Virus record (IMG/VR): IMGVR_UViG_3300028553_000034
Coordinates: 1-55,225 of that record
Reading direction: 5' to 3' (one strand)
DNA: 55,225 nucleotides
From: a virus
Taxonomy: Duplodnaviria; Caudoviricetes
In this document: piece by piece, positions 31,078 through 39,932 of the stretch
Numbering within the stretch: position 1 is the first letter of the stretch
How the letters are laid out: every line of letters starts with the position of its first letter
The notes under the pieces: generated by a model
What the model saw: the letters and a program-made list of their open reading frames with translations, nothing else
What the model was told of the DNA's origin: nothing
Databases searched by the model: none
Made by a program: the position numbers and the translations under genes

Positions 31078-33320
31078 TGGCAACATCATCTAAATACATA
31101 CAGGTTTCTTCATCGGTTTTGATGGAGTACATATACTCAGATCAGGATGTAATTAACGATCCTGGTAATGAATTTAGAATATCTACTTCAACAGCTCCTA
31201 TTTGGAAAATGAGTAATGGACATTCTAATGAAGATCAAATTTTGAATGCAGATTCTTCTGAGATTATTCAAGATGGTCTTCCTATAGGAACTGCTAATGT
31301 TAGAAATCGAGCTTTCGCTGCAATTCTACCTTATAAAGGTGCATCATTAGATATAAATAAGCTTGTATTCTATAATGATTACGATCCGCTTCTTACATCT
31401 ACACCCAGTTTACCTATAACATTTACAAATCCACAAGCTCCTGTATATGATACAATCAGATTACATCTTGTTCAAGGATTCAATTTTGAAGATAATTTCG
31501 GTCTAGTTCTTTCAATCAAATGTAAAAAGAAAGATGATACTAATTTAGTTCTAGCAAATTATTCATATAATAAGGAAGATTCTTCTTTTGAGATTATAAA
31601 TCCAAATCCTTTCTTCTTTAGTGGTAAAGTTTATAGTTCTTATGTTGAGCTAAGAGTTCTTTCTCTTTACAATCTTATTTATGATTATTGGTTAGGTGTT
31701 CTTTCTGGAGATACTGTAGTTGAAAGAATCACTAATTTCAATGGAATAATGCGTAGTCAACTTATCTCTGTTTATTTCGGATGGGTTAGTGATCGTGAAA
31801 TTAATGACGGACAAGAATACTTAAATATATATGACACAAAAGCCATAGATCTACCCGTCAGGGATCAATTCTCTTCGATTTCTGCATTTATTGAAGAATC
31901 GTCAGATGGCGATTATATAGAATTTTATGCAACTTATAATGGATCCATTATAGAGAATTACATTCTAGATTTGAATAATAGTGGATATGATTTCATTCTT
32001 CTTCACGATTTGGTAATATCAGAATATGTTTATGATAATACATCTTCGACTTATTCTTGGATTAAAACAGATGATCTTCAAATTTCTCAGATTGATGAAT
32101 ATGACAAACCTAATTTTTATCGACCAATTATAAAAAATAATTCGGCTATAGCGTATAAAATAGATTATGTTGTTCGTTTATACAACAGACAAGATAATTC
32201 ACAAGTTTGGAAAACTTCCTCGATGATTTCACAATCAGCAGCTAAATATGGTAGAAAACTTAAGTCTATTGCTTTAGGAACAAATCCAATACAAACTAAA
32301 ATATACAACCAGAATGTTATTAAGGATATTCAAATCAATAGAATAACTGAACCGGTTTTGAATAGTACAAAATATGTTACATCATTCTCTACGAATTCTG
32401 AAATTTCTATAACAACTGAAACGGTAAATCCATCTTCTTCAGGTGATACTACTTTACAAAATACAGGAACATCAAATCAACAAATTTATAGCAATGGATT
32501 AGGCAGAGTTCTTATACCAGAATCTGTAGCTTTCTTGAAATTTACTTTATTTCAAAAAGAAAATGGACAAAATACGAGAATGAATCTCGCAGGTCTTGGA
32601 GATTTGTATATTGTTTTTGATTCGTCTCAAGGTGAAAATTTAGAATTTATAGAATTCCCTAATCAATATACATCTAAGGGAGGTGGAGAAGTAATTTTCC
32701 GTCTTTCCGAGAATGATACTCGTAGAGTTTTAGCTTTAGCAAATAGATCATTTAGAATCTTTATAGAAAATGATCAAAAAGATAGAACATTCCTTTATGC
32801 AGGAGATTTCTTCTCAACATCAGAATTTCAAGATATTCAAAAGAATAGTAAGATTGCAGATTTAGAAACTCAAGTAGTAACTTTAACATCTCAATTACAA
32901 GGAGTAAATTCAGTCGTAGATCAACAAAAAACAACTATCGATTCTTTGAATTCGACAAATCAACAGTTACAATCAGCAGCTAATCAACCTGTATTAACTC
33001 CTGTAACTGCAACAACAACGGTTGAAGATGTAATTTCACAAACTAATTCTATGATAGAACAGAAAGATCAACAGATCAATTCAATGAATTCTACTATAGA
33101 ACAATTAAACGGACAAATATCTTCACTTACTTCAACTATGAATGCTACATTACAAGCAATTTCACAGATTAATGGATTACAAAATGTAGCTAATGATGTT
33201 ACATCAACTCCGACAGCAACTGAATCTAATACATCTGTCGGAAATAAGCTAATCCGAAAAGCTTTAGCTAACATAAAGAGTACACCGGCTTCGAGTCAAA
33301 AACCTAACGAGACACAATGA
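31077..33320 (+). CDS. Virion structural protein with a Q/T/S-rich C-terminal coiled coil
   Basis: 747-aa ORF coupled to its neighbours, with a long heptad region near the C-terminus. Confidence 0.55.
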   Translation: MATSSKYIQVSSSVLMEYIYSDQDVINDPGNEFRISTSTAPIWKMSNGHSNEDQILNADSSEIIQDGLPIGTANVRNRAFAAILPYKGASLDINKLVFYNDYDPLLTSTPSLPITFTNPQAPVYDTIRLHLVQGFNFEDNFGLVLSIKCKKKDDTNLVLANYSYNKEDSSFEIINPNPFFFSGKVYSSYVELRVLSLYNLIYDYWLGVLSGDTVVERITNFNGIMRSQLISVYFGWVSDREINDGQEYLNIYDTKAIDLPVRDQFSSISAFIEESSDGDYIEFYATYNGSIIENYILDLNNSGYDFILLHDLVISEYVYDNTSSTYSWIKTDDLQISQIDEYDKPNFYRPIIKNNSAIAYKIDYVVRLYNRQDNSQVWKTSSMISQSAAKYGRKLKSIALGTNPIQTKIYNQNVIKDIQINRITEPVLNSTKYVTSFSTNSEISITTETVNPSSSGDTTLQNTGTSNQQIYSNGLGRVLIPESVAFLKFTLFQKENGQNTRMNLAGLGDLYIVFDSSQGENLEFIEFPNQYTSKGGGEVIFRLSENDTRRVLALANRSFRIFIENDQKDRTFLYAGDFFSTSEFQDIQKNSKIADLETQVVTLTSQLQGVNSVVDQQKTTIDSLNSTNQQLQSAANQPVLTPVTATTTVEDVISQTNSMIEQKDQQINSMNSTIEQLNGQISSLTSTMNATLQAISQINGLQNVANDVTSTPTATESNTSVGNKLIRKALANIKSTPASSQKPNETQ

Positions 33321-33883
33321 TCTTACAAAGTAGAAACGACTTATTCAAAATAGAACTTCCTAGAGTTTTTATTCCAAAGGAAGTAAAAGACCGTTATACG
33401 CCTTATTTGTTTAGAATGCCTACTCCTGTTACCGATGTTTCAGATGTAATAAATTGGTCTATACAATCGATTTCGATTCCTAATTTTAATTACGAACCGA
33501 TAGAACAAGTTAAACCTGGAAATGCACCTCAAGCAAAAGGAACTACTAGAAAATGGAGACAAGCACTTTCACATGAGATGCTTATCGATCGAACTTTTAC
33601 TATAACTTTTCAATTACTAGACGGAAATGTTAATTATTGGATAATGCTAGAAACATTCTTCTATTGGTATGATTTCCAAACAACGAAACCTTATACAATG
33701 GATATTCCACTTCATATATTTGATACTGAAGGTGTAAGAATGTATTCAGTACAATTTCACGATTGTCTATTTACAGGATTAAATCAATTTACTCTTTCTT
33801 ACTCAGATATGTCACCAGAATTTAGAACTTTTGAAGCTACTTTTGCTTTCAATGAAATGAAAATGGATTTCCCTGTTGTATAA
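33317..33883 (+). CDS. Tail-tube-fold protein (gp19/gp3-like)
   Basis: IQSISIP...FTITFQL...W...LHIFD...VQFHDC..TGLN...LSY....RTFEATFAF is the T4 tail tube/terminator pattern. Confidence 0.7.
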   Translation: MILQSRNDLFKIELPRVFIPKEVKDRYTPYLFRMPTPVTDVSDVINWSIQSISIPNFNYEPIEQVKPGNAPQAKGTTRKWRQALSHEMLIDRTFTITFQLLDGNVNYWIMLETFFYWYDFQTTKPYTMDIPLHIFDTEGVRMYSVQFHDCLFTGLNQFTLSYSDMSPEFRTFEATFAFNEMKMDFPVV

Positions 33884-33891
33884 GATACATA
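33884..33891 (+). promoter_or_regulatory. Putative late-type promoter motif GATACATA
   Basis: Fills the 12-nt intergenic gap before 33896 and belongs to the recurrent motif family. Confidence 0.4.
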
Positions 33892-33895
33892 TACT

Positions 33896-34261
33896 ATGAA
33901 AACATTTAAAGAATACTTAATCGAATCAGGAACATTCTCAGACATTGAGATATGGATGATGAATGAAAATCTGAAGTCTGAGCTGACCGAAGATGAAGAA
34001 AAAAAAGTAGATGAAGCAGTAAAAAAATTCTGTGAAGAATACTTAGAAAAAAGTAAAGGACTTAAAGAATTTAATGAAGAACTAACAAACGAAGGTTTCT
34101 TAGGTTCCGTTATTGGAGGACTTACTGGATTTGCTCTCGGATCTTCTGTTGGTAAAATTATTGCAAATGTTCTAGGAATAGAAAGAGGAGTTGTTTTTGA
34201 CTTATTAACTAGTCGACTTGTTGGTGCTGCTTTAGGTGCTGCAATCGGCAAAAGATTCTAA
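33896..34261 (+). CDS. Putative internal head protein with a CTS-like leader and a glycine-zipper hydrophobic C-terminus
   Basis: Starts MKTFKEYLIE (compare T4 CTS MKTYQEFIAE). C-terminal half is GFLGSVIGGLTGFALGSSVG...LVGAALGAAIG. Confidence 0.6.
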   Translation: MKTFKEYLIESGTFSDIEIWMMNENLKSELTEDEEKKVDEAVKKFCEEYLEKSKGLKEFNEELTNEGFLGSVIGGLTGFALGSSVGKIIANVLGIERGVVFDLLTSRLVGAALGAAIGKRF

Positions 34262-34262
34262 T

Positions 34263-34877
34263 ATGATTATTGGTATAGATTTTTCAATAAATTCAACAGC
34301 GGTAGCGATTAAGACGACGAAAGATAAATTTCTACTTTTTTCATTCGTTCCGAATTACAATCCAAAGCTAAAAGGATTTCAATTACATAAGATTCTTCAC
34401 GAATCAAAAACTGTTACAATTACTTCATATAATAAAGATAATCTTATTAAAGATGCTATAGAAGATCAGGCGATCAAATTGAGGAACGCTGATGCACTAT
34501 CTAATGAGATTATAGAGATATTCAATTACACAGGAATCGTTCCTACAGAGATCAGAATTGAAGGATTTTCGTTTGGATCTAAGGGAAATTCTTTCATTGA
34601 TATGATTACATTTAACACATTCTTAAAGGTCAAGCTCATTCAGAAGTTTGGACATATAATCCGAGTTATCTCCCCTAAGTCAATAAAGAAAGCTTACACA
34701 GGAAACGGTAATGCTTCTAAATGTGATATGCTCAGATCCTTTATGGAAAAATCCGATAGTAAGCTTAGAAATGAAATAGAAAAATTAAATATCGTAATAG
34801 AAGGGGAATTCAATATACCTAAGCCTTTAGATGACTTAGTGGATGCCATAGCACTAACTCTTATTGAGGTGGAATAA
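34263..34877 (+). CDS. RuvC-like Holliday junction resolvase
   Basis: MIIGIDFSINSTAV (first catalytic Asp), IRIEGFSFGS, SPKSIKK..TGNGNASK..M and DDLVDAI are RuvC/RNase H-fold motifs. ATG at 34263. Confidence 0.85.
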   Translation: MIIGIDFSINSTAVAIKTTKDKFLLFSFVPNYNPKLKGFQLHKILHESKTVTITSYNKDNLIKDAIEDQAIKLRNADALSNEIIEIFNYTGIVPTEIRIEGFSFGSKGNSFIDMITFNTFLKVKLIQKFGHIIRVISPKSIKKAYTGNGNASKCDMLRSFMEKSDSKLRNEIEKLNIVIEGEFNIPKPLDDLVDAIALTLIEVE

Positions 34878-34936
34878 CTAACTGAAGTGGATCCTTGTCG
34901 TAACTGTTATCCTTTTACTTAAACAACCATTAATGG

Positions 34937-34965
34937 TTATATGTATTCTAGATGGAGTGAGTTTC
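34937..34965 (-). promoter_or_regulatory. Putative early/middle-type promoter on the minus strand (GAAAC-N17-CATATAA)
   Basis: The reverse complement reads GAAACTCactccatctagaATACATATAA, the same layout as the gp32 upstream element GAAACTCtaatcaatatagATACATATAA. Confidence 0.55.
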
Positions 34966-34979
34966 AAAATTCAACTTGA

Positions 34980-34987
34980 GATAAATA
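34980..34987 (+). promoter_or_regulatory. Putative late-type promoter motif GATAAATA
   Basis: Intergenic, about 20 nt upstream of the ATG at 35008. One mismatch from T4 TATAAATA. Confidence 0.5.
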
Positions 34988-35007
34988 AAATATAAAAAAA
35001 ATTGACT

Positions 35008-35346
35008 ATGAAAAACATAATGGATTTTGACGAATTTATCAACGAAGGGGATAAAGGACAAGGACATAAGAGAGCTCCAGGTGATCCTAAAGAAGATGGA
35101 CTTTATACAGGAGGAGGTAAGTATGCTCTAAAAGGAACTGGATATGCAAATGCTGCAAAAGCCGAATCTACTTGTAAACAGTTAGATGGACTAGAGAAAA
35201 AAGGAGAACATATGTGGGCAATGTCAGTTGCTACAACCATGTTGAATAGAGCTGAAAAACATCAACATCAAACACCAGAAATGCGAGATGCTATTAAGGT
35301 ATTTAAAGCCTGGATTGAAAAGAATAGAACAACTGGAAAAAAATAA
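35008..35346 (+). CDS. Hypothetical protein with a CTS-like leader
   Basis: Starts MKNIMDFDEFINE|G. ATG at 35008. Confidence 0.65.
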   Translation: MKNIMDFDEFINEGDKGQGHKRAPGDPKEDGLYTGGGKYALKGTGYANAAKAESTCKQLDGLEKKGEHMWAMSVATTMLNRAEKHQHQTPEMRDAIKVFKAWIEKNRTTGKK

Positions 35347-35352
35347 GAAATT

Positions 35353-35502
35353 ATGCCTACACCTGAATGGTTATATCAACAAAATGCTAAAAAACGACGT
35401 CAGAGGGAAGAAGAAGCTAGATTACAAATGATTCAACTTCTCCTACTTAATGATGATATTACTACAGTTACTGGCATAGGAGGAACAGGAGCAACTGCTT
35501 AA
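35353..35502 (+). CDS. Small 49-aa protein (not in the ORF track)
   Basis: ATG...TAA fills the gap between neighbouring genes almost exactly: MPTPEWLYQQNAKKRRQREEEARLQMIQLLLLNDDITTVTGIGGTGATA. Confidence 0.6.
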   Translation: MPTPEWLYQQNAKKRRQREEEARLQMIQLLLLNDDITTVTGIGGTGATA

Positions 35503-35503
35503 T

Positions 35504-35854
35504 ATGCTAAATCCGAATCTAATCAATTTTGAAAGTTATAGAGATAACTACGATGATCTACTTGAAACCAAGGAAGATTATTTTATCTTCGTTAGAGCAC
35601 TAACTGAGAAGAATTATGATATATTTAAGTCACAAATCAATCCAAAAAATTTGAAAAGATCTTGGAAAGCTAATCATTTAGATCATATCTATTCGATATC
35701 TCAAGCATTCAAAGATCAAATAAATCCCTTTTTTATAGCACATCCTTGCAATCTTCAAATGTTAAAGGCCAAGGAAAATAAGAAGAAAAATGCTAAATGT
35801 GGACATACCACAGACGAGCTATTTGAAAAAATAAATCAATTCGGATACGTATGA
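35504..35854 (+). CDS. Small HNH/His-Me finger nuclease-like protein
   Basis: HLDHIYSI...HPCNLQMLKAKENKKKNAKC fits the HNH motif (DH...N...N). Confidence 0.65.
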   Translation: MLNPNLINFESYRDNYDDLLETKEDYFIFVRALTEKNYDIFKSQINPKNLKRSWKANHLDHIYSISQAFKDQINPFFIAHPCNLQMLKAKENKKKNAKCGHTTDELFEKINQFGYV

Positions 35855-36408
35855 ATCAATTCTTAAAATATGACGAATTCTTATTAGAATTCAAAATGCC
35901 ATCTATGAAATGGGTAGATTTCGATTTGAATAAAGTAGACGATGAGGGAATGGAATTAATATGGAAGATGTATTCTGATACCTATTCTCAAGCAGGCATG
36001 GATTTTTCTGCATCTGATTATCGTGAAATTCGTTCTAAATATAAAGCCACTTTTCTAAAAGATGTTGATCGAGATAAATTACCAGATGCATTTATCATTT
36101 ACAAAGAAACTCCTTACGGTAACAAAATTGCTTTGCTAGGTACCAATGGAATAAAAGAAGCTAAAAGGGATATGGTAAAGAAGATTCTAGAATTGGTTAA
36201 TACTCGAGGTTGGTACATTGAGGCTTCATTAAGAATGGAAGAACTTTTATCATCCTCAAAAGCTCCAGTAGTAACCGATGAAAAGGCCATTAAAGATATA
36301 GTTGGAGCTGATAAAAAACCAGAAATGCAGAAAGATGGGTATTACACGAGATTACTATCCAAGGCCAATAAAAGAATAACCAAGAGAATTTACGGCATAC
36401 TTCGATGA
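35851..36408 (+). CDS. Hypothetical protein with a CTS-like leader
   Basis: Starts MNQFLKYDEFLLE. ATGA-coupled on both sides. Confidence 0.65.
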   Translation: MNQFLKYDEFLLEFKMPSMKWVDFDLNKVDDEGMELIWKMYSDTYSQAGMDFSASDYREIRSKYKATFLKDVDRDKLPDAFIIYKETPYGNKIALLGTNGIKEAKRDMVKKILELVNTRGWYIEASLRMEELLSSSKAPVVTDEKAIKDIVGADKKPEMQKDGYYTRLLSKANKRITKRIYGILR

Positions 36409-36743
36409 AAAATCTACCTACATACGATGAGTATCTAATTACCGAAAAAAAATGGGAGAAAGAAGTTAAATCTTCACATTTGGTTTCTATGGAATATGAT
36501 TCCGATACTGAAGTTTTAGAAATAGAATTTCACGACGGATCAAAATATAAATATAGTGAAGTTCCTAAATCCGTTTGGAGAGAACTTTCTTTAGAAAAGA
36601 ACCTCCTTCAAAAAATTGGAGGTGGTATAGCGAAAGGAGCTAGAAAACTTTTTGGAAAGGATGCCGTAGAGGAAGGAACTTTTGGAACGAGATTTTGGTC
36701 TCTAATACGTAAAGGTGATTATAAATATGAAAAAATAAGTTAG
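36405..36743 (+). CDS. KTSC-domain protein with a CTS-like leader
   Basis: VKSSHLVSMEYDSDTEVLEIEFHDGSKYKYSEVPKSVWREL is the KTSC signature. Starts MKNLPTYDEYLITE. Confidence 0.8.
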   Translation: MKNLPTYDEYLITEKKWEKEVKSSHLVSMEYDSDTEVLEIEFHDGSKYKYSEVPKSVWRELSLEKNLLQKIGGGIAKGARKLFGKDAVEEGTFGTRFWSLIRKGDYKYEKIS

Positions 36744-36750
36744 AGGAGAA

Positions 36751-36779
36751 GAAACTCTAATCAATATAGATACATATAA
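36751..36779 (+). promoter_or_regulatory. Putative promoter for gp32 (GAAAC-N17-CATATAA, with embedded GATACATA)
   Basis: Located at the start of the long non-coding leader. Related AAAC/AAATC...CATAT(A/T)A elements occur before primase (38829-38857), uvsX (52860-52886) and helicase (54406-54431). Confidence 0.55.
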
Positions 36780-36789
36780 TATCTAATTA

Positions 36790-36924
36790 GTAAATAAAAA
36801 GTAAGTAAGGTACCCAAAGTAAGTGATAATCCTACAACGAACATTAATCCGGAGTAGTAAGTAATTGTAAGTGAATCTCTTAACTGTAAGTTCATATAAA
36901 TAATAACGTAAATAAAAAAGTAAA
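36790..36924 (+). repeat. Dispersed GTAA(GT) repeats in the gp32 5' leader
   Basis: GTAAGT at 36801, 36819, 36857, 36867 and 36886, plus GTAA at 36790, 36805, 36861, 36908 and 36920. Confidence 0.7.
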
Positions 36925-36929
36925 GCAAA

Positions 36930-37880
36930 ATGGAAAATTTAGACATTTTTAATTTGAGCCTCGACAATTTCAAATCCGAGGAAAAACAAACAAGTGGAAC
37001 TGACATCTATAAAACAGATCCAAAAAATTCAAAAGACTCTATTTATAGAGCAGTTATTAGATTCATTCCGAATCTTAATAATCCTAAAAAATCTATCGTA
37101 AGAAAATACTCCTATTGGTTAGAAAATGCCGAAGGTAGTGGATTCTACGCAGATTGTCCTTCATCTGTTCCAGGTGAAAAATCAGTTATCCAAGATACTT
37201 TCTGGAAACTTTACAAATCTGAATCAGCATTCGAAAAGAAACAAGCTGAAAAAATTAAACGTAAAGAGTATTACTACTCATATGTTTTGATTGTAAAGGA
37301 TCCACAACGTCCTGAATTGGAAAACACAGTTCAATTATTCCGTTTCCCTAGAGCCGTTAAGAAACTTATCGATGCTCAAATTCAACCATCTGCTGAAGAT
37401 ATCGAAATGGGAATCGAACCAACAAACATCTTCGACTTCTTTCAAGGAAAAGACTTCCAATTAAAAGTAACCATGAAAGGTGGATATTGGAATTATGATG
37501 AATGTAAATTCGGAAATACTCCAGCAGCTGTTAAACTTAATGGTGCTCAAATGGAAAACAACGAAGAATGTCGTAAAATGATCATGGGAATTTATACAGG
37601 TGCTTCTGCTTTAGAAGATCAAGAATTTAAACCATGGACTAATGAACTTCGTGAAAAGGTATTCAATTACATCGCAGAACTTACAGGATCTAATCCAGGT
37701 GCTGCTTATCAAGCTGTTTCTTCTCCAACTCCTGTTAAATCGGTTACTCCTCCTATGGCAGGAACTACTGAAACTCAGATTGTTAAAGAAACACCATCTA
37801 TTAATTCCGCCTCGAAAGATGCCGGTAATTCAAATGACTCAGATATTGAATCTTGGTTACAAGAATTCGATATTAAATAA
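36930..37880 (+). CDS. gp32: Single-stranded DNA-binding protein, T4 gp32-like
   Basis: AVIRFIP, RKEYYYSYVLIVKDPQRPELE...LFRF, NIFDFFQGKDFQLKV...YWNYDECKF and an acidic C-terminal tail. Confidence 0.9.
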   Translation: MENLDIFNLSLDNFKSEEKQTSGTDIYKTDPKNSKDSIYRAVIRFIPNLNNPKKSIVRKYSYWLENAEGSGFYADCPSSVPGEKSVIQDTFWKLYKSESAFEKKQAEKIKRKEYYYSYVLIVKDPQRPELENTVQLFRFPRAVKKLIDAQIQPSAEDIEMGIEPTNIFDFFQGKDFQLKVTMKGGYWNYDECKFGNTPAAVKLNGAQMENNEECRKMIMGIYTGASALEDQEFKPWTNELREKVFNYIAELTGSNPGAAYQAVSSPTPVKSVTPPMAGTTETQIVKETPSINSASKDAGNSNDSDIESWLQEFDIK

Positions 37881-37893
37881 ATCAAATTTAATC

Positions 37894-37926
37894 AAAAGGA
37901 CATCTCTATCGAGGTGTCCTTTTTTT
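37894..37926 (+). terminator. Rho-independent terminator after gp32
   Basis: AAAAGGACATCTC-TATC-GAGGTGTCCTTTT stem-loop followed by a T run. Confidence 0.85.
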
Positions 37927-37937
37927 ATTCAAAAACT

Positions 37938-38858
37938 ATGAAAGGAATCGTATTAGCCGGTGGTAAAGGAACTAGATTACTCCCTATCACTATAACTCAA
38001 GTAAAACAGCTTTTGCCTGTTTATGACAAACCAATGATATATTACCCTATCTCTATTTTGATGCTTGCCGGAATCAAAGAGATTATGATTATTACAAATC
38101 CAGAAGACGTTCATTCAATGAAAAAACTTCTAGGAGATGGATCTGAATTAGGATGTAAATTTGAATATGAAGTACAAACCGAAGCAAGAGGAATAGCTGA
38201 TGCTTTTATTATCGCTGAAGATTTTATAGGATCTGATCCTGTTTGTTTAATTCTAGGAGATAATATCTTCTACTCTTCAGGATTAGCAGGTCTTCTTAAA
38301 ACTAAAACAAAGGAATGGGATGGATTTCGTGGAGTTTCACGAGCTAAAGGGGCTTGTGTTTTCGCTTATCACGTTAGTGATCCGGAACGTTATGGTGTAG
38401 TAGAATTCGATACTATGAATAGAGTTGTTTCTATCGAAGAAAAACCTAAAAAACCAAAATCTAGCTTTGCTATTCCAGGACTCTATTTTTACGATAATAA
38501 AGTTGTTGAAATGGCGAAAAATCTAAAACCTTCACGAAGAGGTGAATTAGAAATAACTGATATTAATCAGTTATATTTAGATGAAGGAAATCTACATGTT
38601 GCTCAATTACAAAGAGGGACTGCCTGGTTAGATACGGGAACTTTCGAATCACTAATGGAAGCAGGGCAATTTATTCATATGATTGAAAAAAGACAAGGAC
38701 AAAAAGTTGGATGTATCGAAGAGATTGCATATAAAATGGGTTGGATTAATGAAAATCAACTAAAGTCTATAGCTAAGAAATATGAAAAAAGTGGATATGG
38801 TGAATATCTAACTTCTATTGCTGAAAATAAACCCTTACACATACACGGTACATATTAA
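37938..38858 (+). CDS. rmlA: Glucose-1-phosphate thymidylyltransferase
   Basis: MKGIVLAGGKGTRLLPIT...KQLLPVYDKPMIYYP, LILGDNIF, ERYGVVEF, EEKP, RGELEITD and AWLDTGT. ATG at 37938. Confidence 0.95.
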   Translation: MKGIVLAGGKGTRLLPITITQVKQLLPVYDKPMIYYPISILMLAGIKEIMIITNPEDVHSMKKLLGDGSELGCKFEYEVQTEARGIADAFIIAEDFIGSDPVCLILGDNIFYSSGLAGLLKTKTKEWDGFRGVSRAKGACVFAYHVSDPERYGVVEFDTMNRVVSIEEKPKKPKSSFAIPGLYFYDNKVVEMAKNLKPSRRGELEITDINQLYLDEGNLHVAQLQRGTAWLDTGTFESLMEAGQFIHMIEKRQGQKVGCIEEIAYKMGWINENQLKSIAKKYEKSGYGEYLTSIAENKPLHIHGTY

Positions 38859-38863
38859 AAATA

Positions 38864-39928
38864 ATGGAAATAACTGAACAGAAAAAATTACAGATTAATG
38901 CTAAGGTCGAAAATATCATAAAATCAGAATTCTCAGGAGTAAAGGGAGAAGTAAGATTTTTTAGAGATAGACTTAACTTTGCATGTCCTTATTGTGGGGA
39001 TTCTACGAATGAACACAAAAAACGTGCTAATATCTATTGGGCAAATCTAATGTATCATTGCTTCAATGATGGTTGTAAAAAGCACACTAATCTTGTAAAT
39101 TTCTATAAAGATTTTAACAGTCCTGTTCAAAATACTGATGAATTAACGTTCTTTTTAGATTATATACGTGAACATCGTGTATCAACGGTAACTAAGGAAT
39201 ATCTTGAACTCAACACATTTCAAAATCTTGTTGAATTCGGTATTCCTTACGAAACCGTCAAATCAAAACTAAGACTCTTACATCCTTCTGAAGATATGAC
39301 TATTGAAAAATATCTTAAAGCTCGATTCATGCATTTCAAAATGGATCACTTCCTTTACGATAAAAAGAAAGATCAGCTATATGTTCTCAATCTAACTCCA
39401 GATAAAACTAAAATTCTAGGATGGCAGATTAGAAACTTTCAAGAAAACAGAGCTAAATACGTCAGTTTCAATATAGAAAAAATAAACTATCTACTTTTCG
39501 GTCGAGGCATCGAAGATCGATCAGAAGACGAAATAATTAAGTTAAATACTATGAGTCTTTACTTCGGTATTCTATCTGCTGATTTCTCTAAGAATGTTAC
39601 TATATTTGAAGGTGTTATTGATTCCTTTTTACAACCAAATTCAATAGCTATAACAGGTGCAGACAAACCTACTGAAATGTTTGACGATATAACAACAATA
39701 CGATATCTTTTCGATAACGATAATGCAGGAAGAAGAGTTATGGAAGCAAAACTTAAAAAAAGAAAAAATGTCTTCATGTGGAATAAGCTCGTTAGAGATT
39801 TCAAAGTAAGAGAACAAGTTAAAGATCTAAATGATCTATTCATCTACTGTTGGAAAAACAAAAACGAAGCAATTAAAAATCTCGATAAATACTTTACACA
39901 TGAACCACTGGACATCCGAAGCGTATAG
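38864..39928 (+). CDS. gp61: DNA primase, T4 gp61-like
   Basis: Zn finger NFACPYCGDS...YHCFN..C, TOPRIM IFEGVIDS and FDND..G, and C-terminal KDLND. Confidence 0.85.
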   Translation: MEITEQKKLQINAKVENIIKSEFSGVKGEVRFFRDRLNFACPYCGDSTNEHKKRANIYWANLMYHCFNDGCKKHTNLVNFYKDFNSPVQNTDELTFFLDYIREHRVSTVTKEYLELNTFQNLVEFGIPYETVKSKLRLLHPSEDMTIEKYLKARFMHFKMDHFLYDKKKDQLYVLNLTPDKTKILGWQIRNFQENRAKYVSFNIEKINYLLFGRGIEDRSEDEIIKLNTMSLYFGILSADFSKNVTIFEGVIDSFLQPNSIAITGADKPTEMFDDITTIRYLFDNDNAGRRVMEAKLKKRKNVFMWNKLVRDFKVREQVKDLNDLFIYCWKNKNEAIKNLDKYFTHEPLDIRSV

Positions 39929-39932
39929 TGCT

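Noticed and set aside
34263-34877. RuvC-fold protein as a TnpB/Cas12 or transposase
   Set aside because: Only 204 aa with resolvase-type motifs, no Zn finger, and no adjacent array or element ends.
36744-36929. CRISPR mini-array or tRNA in the largest intergenic gap
   Set aside because: The repeats are only 4-6 nt with irregular spacing and no cloverleaf or T-loop is visible. No CRISPR array or tRNA was seen anywhere in the window by eye.
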